In this document: positions 39,263 to 51,591 of the stretch, piece after piece | Layout: each line of letters begins with the position of its first letter | Numbering within the stretch: position 1 is the first letter of the stretch | Assembly: GCA_964247055.1 (NCBI GenBank) | Contig: OZ176052.1 | Span: forward strand, 3,348,001-3,412,000 | Length of the DNA stretch: 64,000 bases | Direction of reading: 5' to 3' | Source: Paragordius varius | Taxonomy: Eukaryota; Animalia; Nematomorpha | Translations under genes and position numbers: made by a program | The notes under the pieces: generated by a model | Databases searched by the model: none | What the model was told of the DNA's origin: nothing | Seen by the model: the letters and a program-made list of their open reading frames with translations, nothing else

Positions 39263-39642
39263 ATAGTTGTTTTATTATATCAAGCTGGCATCATTTTGAC
39301 TTTTTAATTTTAGGAACATAAAATATGCAATTAAATTAATCTCTAATAAAATAAACGTTTCAAAGCAAATCTTCTGTATTATATGAAAGAAAATATATGA
39401 AAATAACATTGAAAAATATCATGATTAATAGATTATGTTAATAAAAAGAATGATCAAACATGGGCAATTCTCATTATTTTTGGCCCTGCAAACACAGTAG
39501 CGTATAGATAAAAAACAACAAATGGTTTAAGTTACCATTTTATCCATCTTATCACATAATTTTATTTAATTATGGAGGAAATTTGTTTTATATTAAATGC
39601 TTTTGTATTAATTGGCCAACAATATGCGAATTAATCCACATA

Positions 39643-40276
39643 TATACCATTTGCACTTCAAGAGTGTCCTTGAACACTTCAAGTTGGTCCTTGAATTCAA
39701 GTTGGTCCCTGAACATTTCAAGTTGGTCCTTGAACATTTCAAGTTGGTCCTTGACCACTTCAAGTTGGTCCTTAAAATTTAATAATTTTGATTTAACCAT
39801 AATTTTTGCATTAATTTTTTATTTGATTATTTATTAACCTAATTTTCTTATTATCATATATTTATTCATTTAAAAATAAAAAAATTTATTGAAAAACCAC
39901 TTTTTATTTCAAAATATTTTTTTTCATATGAACAAAAGTATAAAGTTTTAAATGTTTTTAATGAAAAATTTTAATTAATAAAGCAGAAAACTTATATATT
40001 TTTTCATTTCGTGTTAAAAACTTATAAATATCCAAAATTATTTTAAAAAATAAACAAAGATATACGGTTTCTCAAAGATTAAAAGTTGATATCGATTTAA
40101 AATTTATGTTAAATAATAGAAAATAGGTTAAAAACAATAAAATAGTGAAAATATTTTCGATTTGATTGATAAAAGTTAAAAACAAAACAAAAAAATCAAA
40201 GGACCAACTGTGTTCAAGGACCAACTTGAAATGTTCAAAGACCAACTTGAATTGTTCAAGGACCAATTTGAAGTGT
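39643..40276. mobile_element. Foldback-like element with inverted arrays of a ~21-bp repeat
   Basis: Left arm: TATACCATTTGCACTTCAAG followed by about 6 copies of TTCAAGTTGGTCCTTGAACA(C/T). Right arm: about 4 inverted copies GGACCAACTTGAAATGTTCAA. An AT-rich spacer separates them. A decayed copy of the left arm lies at about 570-700. Confidence 0.7.
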
Positions 40277-40600
40277 ATGCAGACTGTAAGTTACGACTTG
40301 AAAAACACAGGGTGAAACCATTGGAAGGCACGCACGGGAAAGGGTTACAGGTTATTTTTGTCTAAAAATGGACGTGACGTAGCATTGGGAGCGATATAAA
40401 AAAGACACTATGCGATTAAAAAATTTTAGGAAAGTAAATATATCTTTTTTCTATTTTTTTAGGTATTTATTGATTAGGGTGACCCCGCTTTTTGGTATAA
40501 AAAAATAAATATATATTTTGTGTGATCACAATCAACGGTATATAAAAGTTTCTAAATTCATCAATCATTTATAATTTTTGTAATAGCAGTAATCACATGT

Positions 40601-41568
40601 TTAGTGCTCCATAAGTAACGGTTTCCCTTGCATAACGGTATTGAATAGAATTTTATGAGAAAAATTGAAAAACTCTTTAATCAAGGACATGTCCATAGTT
40701 TGAATTAATTCCAAAACTTGGGATAAATATTCCGTACCATCTTTTGGCATCTTATCAAATTCTTTAATCAACTTTCGTAGAAACAAATGTGCCGGATTTA
40801 ATTGCTGGCTATGGGGCGGCATCAATATTATTTTGCCAGAAAATGTGTCAAATGCCTGAGATTGGAAGTTTATAGTAATATTGGTAGGATCTATCATAAA
40901 AAAGAATTCAGCGAAATTTGGGTGATTCAAGTTTTTTAACAAAAAGCATTCATAGTTTTGAGCATCGTAAGGTTTAAGTCTAATATCATAACGAAGGATA
41001 CCATTTATTCCAATTATACAGAGCAAAAATATGCGATCCTTATCATACTTGAGGGTGAGAGGTTCATTTTCGCGAACCCAAACGCGTTTAAATATCCCAT
41101 TTGGATAAATTTCGACTTGGTTAAGGAAGACTAATTTTTCCATAGGTATATCCTTAATAAGCATAGAATAATGGTATCGTTGATCAATTATTTCGGTTGT
41201 ATTAACATTGGTTTCGACAAAAAACGGTAGCCTTTTGCTCACATAACCCATACTTTTAAGGTTTTGTAATATAGTTTTCCTACAACACTTGAGTGGCTCG
41301 GGTATAAACTGTTTCATTTGTTCGACCGGCATGGTATTATCCATAGCAAGTATTTTTTCCAAACAAGGTTGTAATTTAAGGTTAGGCCTTCGGCCTGACG
41401 GATGACGAACAAATTCTCGGCCATTGGCCAGATTTCGGCGAAATCTAATGAGACTTGTGGGAGACACACCGATTAATTTGGATAATTCTGCAGCAGATTT
41501 TTTGTTGTTTTCTGGTTCAGAAAAAATTTGATAGGCTAATCGAACCTTTTCTTCGGTCCATGGACGAT
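40601..41568 (-). CDS. IS630/Tc1-mariner-derived protein (HTH plus DDE_3-like fold, catalytic residues lost); probable domesticated transposase
   Basis: The open frame extends beyond the listed ORF to a TAG acceptor at 41569-41571, adding (D)RPWTEEKVRLAYQIFSEPENNKKSAAELSKLIGVSPTSLIRFRR (HTH). It then reads KTILQNLKSMGYVSKR, LVFLNQ (normally VFxDE), FFMID, and PPHSQQLNPAH (normally PPYSPxLNPIE). There are no stops or frameshifts over 968 nt. A possible 4-nt first coding exon ATGG lies at 41829-41826, followed by GTAAAA. Confidence 0.8.
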
Positions 41569-42669
41569 CTAAATATATATATATATATATTTATGAATAA
41601 AAAATCATTGAAATTTCATATGCATTCTTTCTGCTTTTTAACATTCTTAAATAAAAATAGACCAAAGCACTGTTTTGGTAGAGAAAATTTTCACCTTAAC
41701 AATATTATTAAAAAAAGGGAATTAATATGACAAACTTAATGCGTTTAAATCAGCTTGCAACAATTTAGAAATACTGATAAACATTTTTACAAAAGGTAAA
41801 TATTGTTCTAACATTTTGTTTTTACCCATACACTACTTGCCAATTGGCCAACAATAATGTGTATGGGCTAGCATAAATGTGGACACTGTAAATATCTAAA
41901 ATTATATTATAAAGTTTTGCATAAGAGATTTTTTAATTTGTTGTATACAGTGCGAGCTATTTGGGCCATTTCGGTATTTTAAATGGTTATATGTATATGA
42001 GATTTTTCGTATTATTCATAACATAGTGAAAATTATGGAAAAAAATAGTGTTCAATATGTAACTAATATAAAATGAAAAATCTCAATAGCAATAGACATG
42101 AAAATAACCCTTTGAGCCATTTAAAGTAATTGGCTAACAATAGTTCTCGTTACTGCATTTAGATAAAATAATTGTAAGATTTTATTGCGGGTACCACTGA
42201 ATTTTCATGATTTAATTAATGTAACTTATAAATCGAAAAATCTCAACATGACAACATTCATGTTATAAACCTTTTCAAGTCATTTAAAAGGTACTTAAAT
42301 GACCAATAGCAGATCTCTCTTACTGTGTTATGTGTGTCTTATATGCGTCTTTTAAAATGTTAATAGAGAAATGAATGTAAGGCATGTAGGTAAAAGCATA
42401 AAATTTATTGTTTTTTTTGCTTTAAATGTAAATAATATGAGAAAAAAAAGAAAAATAAATTTACTTGCACACATTTTTTACATTTGTTGCTGTAATAGCA
42501 AATTAAAATGCCTATATTACCAATAATATGACAAAAATTCATTGCCACTATTTATGGACCAATTAAAACACTTTGCAAGCCAATAATAATTGCTTTCTTG
42601 TAAACGAAAAATTTATACCTATTTATAATATCACACTAACGATCTCTGTGCAACATTTTTTTTAAATAT

Positions 42670-43374
42670 CACTTAGATACAACATGTTCAGTTCTTTGAT
42701 TAAAATTAGGGTCGTTGGAGACCCCAAACCTGTTTAAAATTAAATACTTGAAAAATATGGACGGAATCCATGGCAAAAGTTTGCACTTAATAACATTAAT
42801 AAACCAAAATATAAAAAATGAATCAAAAAACTTGATATTTCTTATTTTTAGTAAAACCCAAAGGTAAAAATTAAGTCAGCATGACGTGCAAAGCTAAATT
42901 AAAAATAATAAACCACCTTTTCTGTTTCTATCAATGTAAGATGTAATTTTGCAGTATGATTAAGTATATACTGCTAGAAAGTTATTAATTATTGCAAAAT
43001 AGCATATCAAAGAATTTTAATGGCTAATAATAAAAGTGAAAAAAATAACTATAAGTCAATAATATTGCCCTTTTGTACATATGCTATTTGGCAATAATAA
43101 CTTTCTAGTAATGTATACTTACTCATACTGTAATATAAAATTTGCTATAATATTAGCTTTAAAAAATGAACATGATATTTTGCAAAAATGTTGTAATATA
43201 AAATGGCGTCGAAGTAGTTTGAAATTATGCACCATATTTAGATATTTCGGCTTTTATATAATTTTTTTAAGATTGAAGCATAAATTTAAATCACAATCGT
43301 TTCTTTCAGAAGATTTTCATAAGTATCAACTTAAATGTAGTCTGCGGTCTTAGTACCCCAATTTGAATCAAAAG
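42670..43374. mobile_element. piggyBac-like MITE copy carrying a nested 179-bp MITE (42952-43130)
   Basis: Homologous to 1087-1641. The nested element has ~55-bp TIRs CAGTATGATTAAGTATA.. / ..TATACTTACTCATACTG followed by TA. Confidence 0.7.
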
Positions 43375-44695
43375 TTAAACAAGAATATGGTTACGTTAAA
43401 CAGTACGCACATTATGCAAGCCCAATCACATTATATAGGATGAATATTATAGTAGTATAAGGGTAAAGACAAAAAATTTTGAAATTAATTATTTTTTCCC
43501 ATCTTACATATTTTTTTCATAATTATGGACGAAATTTGTAAAACACATTACTGTATTACAAATTGGACAATAAACTTAGGCCAACAATAAGCCTGTATTT
43601 AAGCTAAAAATTTTGTTTAAGAGTCAGTACGCAAAAGTGCTCTAAAAAATGTTAAAAATGAAAAATTGGTTTTGATCAAATATTTACGATTATTTAGAAA
43701 ACATATCACCCAAAATTGAGCTTTATGATTAATAAAACAAAAATTATAAAAGAAACCCGCGAAGATATGTGTTGGACCTGGTTTAGTCAGAAATTATTTA
43801 ATAATAACAGATATTTTAATATTTCGTTTGGATATTGCCAGAAGCGTCAGGGCTAATATTTATAAAAGTGTCAATTTTTATTATATAATACATCCTACCT
43901 ACTGAGTAATGTTTAAATATTTAAAAACTTGGTTAATAACATTTTTCTCTTTTTTTGGTTGTCAAAGACTGAGATCCATTAAGGCTTGTTTCTGAATTTT
44001 GAGTCATATCCCCATTACTGACATATGAGGACTGCGCAATTTCATCCATAGTTATACTTTCAAGAACCTCCTTTTGACAACTGCTAAATTCATTCTCAGT
44101 ATCAGTTTTAGATGGCTCTAAAATGAAAATACATATATGAATGATTTAGATAATTATCTGTATGAAATTTAAACAATATATAAACAAACCTTGCATCACA
44201 CTAAGAATGTAATTAGATGAGTAAAATACAATGGATACCAATATATATCAATTACTAGTAAATGCAAAGATTTTCACGGATGATCTTGTAACACGCATAT
44301 ATACTGTTGTTTTATTTTATTTATTTGAAGCTATTCGCTTCATTATCTTTTAAAATTTACTCCCAAACCAATTAAATTTTAAAAATTTTTATTTCAGGTA
44401 TTTGAAAACTGTAAAGTGTATGATAACTTAACACTTCAATTCAAATTGGGATATCTAGTGTCAGACTATTAACACTTCGATTCAAATTGGGGTGTCAAAA
44501 TACTTCAGACTAAATTTAGTCAGGATTTTTAAAAAACTACTGTAGGGAACGATCCCAATATATATGCTTCTTTCCTAATAAAAATATTAAATATGCCAAA
44601 ATATCTAAATAAAATTTTGTTTTGAAAAAAAAGCTCCATGTCCAAATACTTCGACGCCATTTTTTTACAAAATTAGTTTTAACACTTTGATTTAA

Positions 44696-45256
44696 CACTT
44701 GGATACAACATAATCATTTTAGTCCTTCGATTAAAATTGGGGTAGTTAAATACCCCGGGCCTAAATTAAATTCTTTAAAAACTATGGAAGGAATTAAAAT
44801 AGGTTTTTTCATTTAGATAACATAAATAAACCAAAATATATAAAAATATTTATTCAAAAATACTTGATATACTTATTTTAAGCACAAATGGAAATGTAAA
44901 ATTAGTCAACGTGACATGTGTGCAATGGTAAAATTAAAAAATAATACAAAATAAACCGCTTTTTCTATTTCTATCAATGTTAGATGTAATTTAAATAAAA
45001 AATTAGTTTTAGTTTTACCCTTAAAATTAAATGAGGACGATACTTTGCAAAAAGTTTCTAAAATAAAAATGGCGTCAAAGTAGTTTCACATGGAACTTTT
45101 TTTCAAAACAAAATTTTATCTAGACATTTTGGCATATTTATATAATTTTTATTAGGATAGAAGCATAAATTTAAATTGGGACCGTTTCCTTCAGTAGTTT
45201 TTTAATTCTTACTTAAATTTGGTCTGGGGTATTTAGATACCCCAATTTGAAAAGTG
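44696..45256. mobile_element. piggyBac-like MITE (561 bp) with a perfect TTAA target duplication
   Basis: TTAA(44692-95)|CACTTGGATAC...GAAAAGTG|TTAA(45257-60). It is inserted in the terminus of another, oppositely oriented copy of the same family. Confidence 0.85.
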
Positions 45257-45349
45257 TTAAATTGGGGTATCTAAATACCCCAAACTAAATTTAATCCAGG
45301 ATTTTATAAACTGTAGGAAACGGTCCCAATTTATATGCTTCTATCCTAA

Positions 45350-45906
45350 TCTATATATTTATAAAAATGGAAAATGCTGGCTTTGTGATCTGGTACAGGA
45401 AAGCCGGTAGATCCATTCAAATCCAAACTTCTAAAAAATATAATCATTAATGAATGCCCCGACAATAGCTTCGCCCTTTTTTTGAAATAGCCCCCCAGTT
45501 CGGGCCCACCCCGTGTGAAAACAGGTTGAGACAATTTTCCGGAGAACGTGTTGGACTATTCAATTTCAAATATGATTTTTGTTTACTTATTTTTGATCGG
45601 GCCGAATATAGTCGACTTATTTTTTTGATTTAAGCCCTCTTTTTACCCGCTACCCCCGTAAAATGCCATTTTTTTCAAAAAACAAAATCCACAAAAATAA
45701 TTTTTTAAATCTATTTTTCCCCCAACAAACAATATATTAGTATGAATGCACCGTTTTAAAATTCCTATAAAATCATATTTAAATAATGTTTCGAAATAAT
45801 CCACATATGTGGATCATTTTATTGTCCCTTATTTCAACCCCCCCCCCCCCCCCAAGAAGTCCGAAGGACCTCCTCATGCTGCATAGCAGCATGAGATTTA
45901 CGCTAG
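45350..45906 (+). mobile_element. Non-autonomous Helitron (557 bp)
   Basis: Starts A|TCTATATATTTATAAAAATG. It has a 10-bp stem hairpin CTCATGCTGC-ATA-GCAGCATGAG (45873-45895) and ends CTAG|T, with no TSD. Removing it restores the host MITE sequence CTATCCTAA-TAAA seen intact at about 46141. Confidence 0.92.
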
Positions 45907-47569
45907 TAAATATTATATAAATATGCCAAAATATCTAAATAAAATTTTGTTTTGAAAAAAAAGTTCTATGTCCAACTTCTTCGACACCATTTTTATTTTA
46001 CAAAATATTTGTAAAATGTCGTCTTCATTTAGTTTTAACACTTTGATATAAATTGGGGTATCTAAATACCCCAGACTAAATTTGAGTTAGGATTTTTTAA
46101 AAACCAATGAATGGAACGGTCCCAATTTAAATTTATGCTTCTATCCTAATAAAAATTATATAAATATGCCAAAATATCTTTATAAAATTTTGTTTTGAAA
46201 AGAAAAGTTCCATGTCAAACTACTTCGACGCCATTTTTATTTTACAAAATTTTTGCAAAATATTGTCTTCATTTAATTTTAAGGGTAAAATTAAAGGTAA
46301 TTTTTTATTTAAATTACATCTAACATTAATAGAAATAGAGAGAGCGGGTGTATTTTGTATTATTTTTCAATTTTACTATTACACACATGTCACGTTGACT
46401 AAATCTTTACATTTGGGTTTTTCATTAAAATACAGTCATGTAGACTTTATTTTATCAAAGATTTACTTTTTTTCGTTAATTGTGTATTATTTGGTAAAGA
46501 ATATAAAACAAGAGCTATATGGTATACCGTATCATATTCTTTAAAAAATTAAAAGAAGTGTGGGGGAAGGGCGTCAGAAATCTATGAAAATCTTAAATAT
46601 TATTTAAAGGGGAATGGTAATATTTTTAATTTTTTGCAAAATTTAATTTTTTTTGATAAAATTTTTATTTAACAGCTAGATTCTAATTGGGGTATCTAAA
46701 TATACCCCAGACTAAATTTAAGTTAGGATTTTAAAACTAGTGAAAGAAACGGTCCCAATTTTTTATGAATCTTTCCTAATAAAAATTATATAAATATGCC
46801 AAAATATCTAAATAAAATTTTGTTCTGAAAAAAAGTTCATGTCAAACAACTTCGACGCCATTTATATTTTACAAAATATTTGCATGTCGTCTTCATTTAG
46901 TGTTAAGGGTAAAATTAAAGATAATTTTTTATTTAAATCACATCTAACCTTGATAGAAATAGAAGAAGCGATTTATTTTGTATTCTTTTTCAATTATTGC
47001 ACACATGTCACGTTGACTAAATTTTTACCTTTTGGTTTTAGCTTAAAAATGAATGTGTTGTATCCAGTAAAACAAATTAACCTCTTAAATATAGATTTTT
47101 ATGTATAGGTAAAAAAATATTTATTATAATTTTTTTAATAGGATATCACAATAAATACAACAAACATATAACGGACAAAATATAAGGATGTAATGAATTG
47201 TGTGTATATATAAGGGAAAACATAGGAAATGAATATGGATTGGGTAATTTATTGAGAATCACATCGACAGTCAATTCACACTATCGAGGATTGTTTTGAC
47301 CTGCCCGACTCCTTCATTGCATTTCGTTTTCCTACCCCTTTTCAATAGCTCTCTCTATTCCCAGAGTCATGCTTCGTCTCATAGCATTTTTGGAACTTAT
47401 AGACATGTCTAAATCATCTACAAAATGACGAGACGATACTTCGTAATTTCTGGGATTCCCGAAATTTTGTAGGCCTTAGACTTGTTTTCATCTGACCAAA
47501 AATGATATTCTAAAATTAACAAAAACGGTACTTTTCCTTTTTACTCTCCCGTTTAATGAAGTTGTCATA

Positions 47570-47870
47570 TTATCATTCCCGATCTCATTAACACCTAAAG
47601 TCTAAATGAATAAAAGCCATCGTTGCCAGGCACACTATTTTGTGTGGGTCTTATATTTTCGTCAACATAATCTGAATCTAACATTATAAAGGGAAAAAAA
47701 ACCATCAAGGACACCAGGACAAGTGTCTACTATCAATTCATTCCCGCCGATCTCATCAACACCTAAATTCTAAATGAAAAAAAACCATCGCTGCCAGGCA
47801 CAATATTTTGTGTGGGTCTTATATATTCGTCAACATAATCTGAATCTAACATTATAAAGGAAAAAATACC
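47570..47870. repeat. About 170-bp tandem duplication (2 copies)
   Basis: TTCCCGATCTCATTAACACCTAAA...GTGTGGGTCTTATAT..CAACATAATCTGAATCTAACATTATAAAGG occurs twice. Confidence 0.85.
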
Positions 47871-48137
47871 CGCAATACCAGGGTTATATCCTAACGAAAT
47901 TGGATCAAATTGATTATTTAATATAGATCTATCGTGAAAATCCCTTTTAAAATCGTTCCCATATCAAAACAAAAAAAAATTATAATTGAGATAAAAATTA
48001 CCATTTTCCCAACCCTTTTATACAATAATTTTAAGTGAAGGGTTAGTAGTTAGTGTATTTTCATTTTTTACCAAAGATTTCTGACGCCCTTCCCTCACAC
48101 TTCTTTTAATTTTTTAAAGAATATGATATGGTATACC

Positions 48138-51100
48138 TAAAGTGACCAGACGTCCCGCTTTTGGCGGGACAGTCCCGCTTTTTCACACTTTGTCCCGCGT
48201 CCCCCTGCGTTTTTGAAATGTCCCGCTTTTTCACGATTATATAAAAAAAAAATTTAAATACATTTAATTTTTTTATAAAAAATTTTAGATAAAAAAATTT
48301 GCTTTTTACCTCGAATCATCGTTCATTCCTAATAGTTTATGAAAGAATGGCTTCAAAACTAAATAATAGTTCAATGATAGCGCATTTTTAGGGTGTAAAG
48401 GGCCTATTTAACGGCTAATCCAAAAATCCGCTCGACTAAAATTTTTGAATTTTTACGGGTAATACTTTAAGCAGCTATTGAACTCATATGGCCTGATAGG
48501 CTTTCTGAAAAGCCCCAAAAGCACGCGATTGCGATATGACGGGTCAGTTTTTCGCGGGTAGCTCCTTACTCAGCAGCTATCATCAAAGTAATGCTTAACT
48601 AAAATATTTGCCTTTTAGCAGGGAATACGTGGAATCTTTATTGAATTTTTACGGTTTCATACCTTGGTCGAAAAATAGATTCAAAAAATATTTTTGTGGA
48701 CTTTGTTTTCTGAAAAAAATGGCATTTTACGAAGGGAGCGGTTAAAAAGAGGGACTAAATCAAAAAAGCGAGACGACTATGTTCGGCGCAATCGAAAATA
48801 AGTAAATTAAATAATCCAATACTTTCTCCAGAAAATTGTCTCAAAGACACGATTTTTGTGGATTTCTGTTTTCAAAAAAACCCGTTTTTTACACGGGGTA
48901 GGCCCGAATTGGGGACCTAATTCCAAAAAGCAAAAGTCGGGACATTTATTGATGATTATATTATTTGGATATTTGGATTTGATTGGGTTCACCGGTTTTC
49001 CGGAAACAGATCACAAAGTTACATGATGAATCAGTTTTTAGCGGGTAGCTCCTTACCCAGCAGCTATCATCAAAGAAACGCTTGACTAAAATTTTTGCCT
49101 TTTAACAGGGAATACGTGGAATCCATATTGAATTTTTACAGTCTCATACCAAGGGCGAAAAAAAGATTTAAAAAATTATTTTTGTGGACGATTTTGAAAA
49201 AAATGGCATTTTACGGAGGGAGCGGGTAAAAAGAGGGCCTAAATCAAAAAAGCGAGACGACTATGTTCAGCGCAATCGAAAATAAGTAAACAAAAATCAT
49301 ATTTGAAATTGAATGGTCCAACACGTTCTCCAGAAAATTGTCTCAAAGACACGATTTTTGTGAACTTCTGTTTTCAAAAAAAAAACCGTTTTTCACACGG
49401 GGTGGGCCCGAAGCTATAAATATTAAAAATATGGCCCACGATTTTACTGGAAGTGTCGGACTCAGCTTGGGAAAATTCAAGTGGTGAGTATTTTTGGGCC
49501 TTTTTCAAAAAAACTGCGAAGCTATTGTCGGGGCATTCATTAATGATTATATTTTTTCGAAGTTTGGATTTGAATGGGTCTACCGGTTTTCCGGTACCAG
49601 ATCACAAAGCCAGCATTTTCCATTTTTATATATATATGGATTAGTTTAAAATATGAGTACAAAATAAGGTTGTAAATTTAACGATGATTTAATGAAAGAA
49701 TTTCCTTTATCAAAAAAACGAAGAATGAATCATTTGTTAAATGCTTTATGTTAGGGGTTCACCCTACCACATGGCGGTAAGCATGATATTACAAAGCATA
49801 TGGAATCACAGAAACATAAAAAATGTTTAGATATGGTGGCATCATCTTACAAAATGAGCGATTTTATCGTAAAACCGCTTTTGGAGAGGAAGAAAAGAAT
49901 TTGGCACTCGCCCAAGGCGTTTTATCTTTTAACGCGTTAATCACAATCATTCCTTTAGATCTATGGATTGTACCTCACATGTTATTCGTGCCCGTACAAA
50001 GGCTGAAGCCATTGTATGCATTGTCCTTTCGCCACATGCATTTTCTGAATACAAAAAGATTTGCTGAAAATTAATTTCATATCGCCATACTCTGATGTAT
50101 CAAATCAGGAAACAAAAATATTTCCCACGTTAATAAAATATTTTGGTCCAGAAACCGGAGTAAAATTAAAATTTTATTTCTCTACCCGGTGCGAATTCCG
50201 ACATAATTTTACTTCAATAAATGAATATTCTAGGAAAAATAATTTAAAAGACAAAATCATCGCATATTGCGCTGACAACATCAATACGAACTTGGATGGA
50301 AAAGCAAGTAGGAGAACAAAAAATAAGTTTCAGTAATTAGCAGATAATCTTAATCCATTATTGACGTTGGGTGTGTAGCGCATATAACACACAACGCTAT
50401 TCAAACACCTGCTGATTTGTTACCCCTAGATGTGGAAAATGTAGGTGTTAAGGTATATTCCTATTTTTATATACACGGTACGCGTTGAAACGCTTGTGCA
50501 AATGCAGAAGTTCAATATTAAAAAATGCTTGGATATTGTAAAACTCGTTGGTTAGCTTTTATGCCAGCTATCGAAAGAGTTTTAAAAATGTATGATCCTT
50601 TAAAATCTTTTTTATCACAGGACAAATGTCCTACAACTTTGGAAAAGTTTTTTGAAAGTGATTCTTCAATATGGTTAGAGTTCCTACATAATCAAGCTTC
50701 TCTCTTTCAAAATGTTATTAAATTGATAGAAAGTGACAAAACTTCGGCAATCGAAGTAGCCAATGAAGTTAGTAACCTAAAATTCCAATGTTAAGATTAT
50801 AAAATAATTTTATACCAGTAACCATCCGCAATATTATAAATAATTTAGAAAAACAAGGCTTAATAAATCGCCAAGATATCCTGTACCATTAAAAATGTTT
50901 TATACAAACTGTAAAAATTATTGTACACTGGACGGTGCAACTTAATGAAATTGATCATTTTCATTGGATAACATTAAAACCAGAATTTAATTGGTGCGAT
51001 GTTCAAAAATCATTTCTGCATCTCCCAAAAATTCCCAAAAAGTAACCTTTCAGAAAATATCTTTTTTTTTAAAAATATCATTAGTTATAAAATATATTAA

Positions 51101-51591
51101 TAGAAAAACTTAAATTATGGACAACAGAAAAAAATACAGTAGAAAAGAAATGGTTAGAAATATTTCATCATTTTGAAACAAACTATGTTCCATACAATAT
51201 TTTAAAAATTGTAGAATTTGCATTATCTTTGCATGGAACCAACGCTGCCACTGAGCGCGTTTTTTCCACAGTAAATCAGATGTGGACATCGGAAAAATCA
51301 AATTTAAATGTTGAAACTTTACCATTTTATCTGTCAAATATAATTTGACAAATTCTTGTGAAGACTTCTACAATATTTTATAAAATGATGCCAATCTGCT
51401 AAAACGCATTTACTCAAATAAAAAATATACCAAGGAATTAAATATTTTTTTTATTTATAATGTATTTGTGTTAAAAATAAATAAATACTGCAATAAATTT
51501 TTTGTATAAAAATTTTTGGTTGTACACCCCCCCTCATAACCCCCCCCCTTTCTCAGATTTGTCCCGCTTTTTCCTTCAAAAAATCTGGTTA
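48138..51591 (+). mobile_element. Decayed hAT transposon with a transposase pseudogene (about 49653-51430)
   Basis: Perfect 8-bp TSD GGTATACC (48130-37 and 51592-99). The left end is TAAAGTGACCAGACGTCCCG with repeated GTCCCGC subterminal motifs; the right end is degenerate (ATCTGGTTA). Remnants with many stops and frameshifts: CKFNDDL, HGGKHDITKHMESQKHK, RTKAEAIV, GYCKTRWL, WLEFLHNQ, and the C-terminal dimerisation motif LSLHGTNAATERVFS. Confidence 0.9.
48377..49640 (-). mobile_element. Helitron-like insertion with an internal ~430-bp duplication, nested in the hAT
   Basis: The minus-strand 5' end A|TCCATATATATATAAAAATGGAAAATGCTGGCTTTGTGATC is nearly identical to the Helitron at 45350. Unit 48544-~48900 repeats at 49030-~49410. 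The 3' end is degenerate, so the left boundary is approximate. Confidence 0.65.

Noticed and set aside
39583-40266. ORFs 39583-39837, 39588-39800, 40072-40266 (and 19673-19892), and a CRISPR-like appearance of the 21-bp repeats
   Set aside because: The repeats are contiguous with no unique spacers, no cas genes are present and the context is eukaryotic. The ORFs are by-products of a 3n repeat in foldback-element arms.
40477-40500. AGGGTGACCCCGC fragment as a TIR of the transposase-like gene
   Set aside because: It is a hAT-type end, not Tc1/IS630-type, and I found no inverted partner upstream of the gene.
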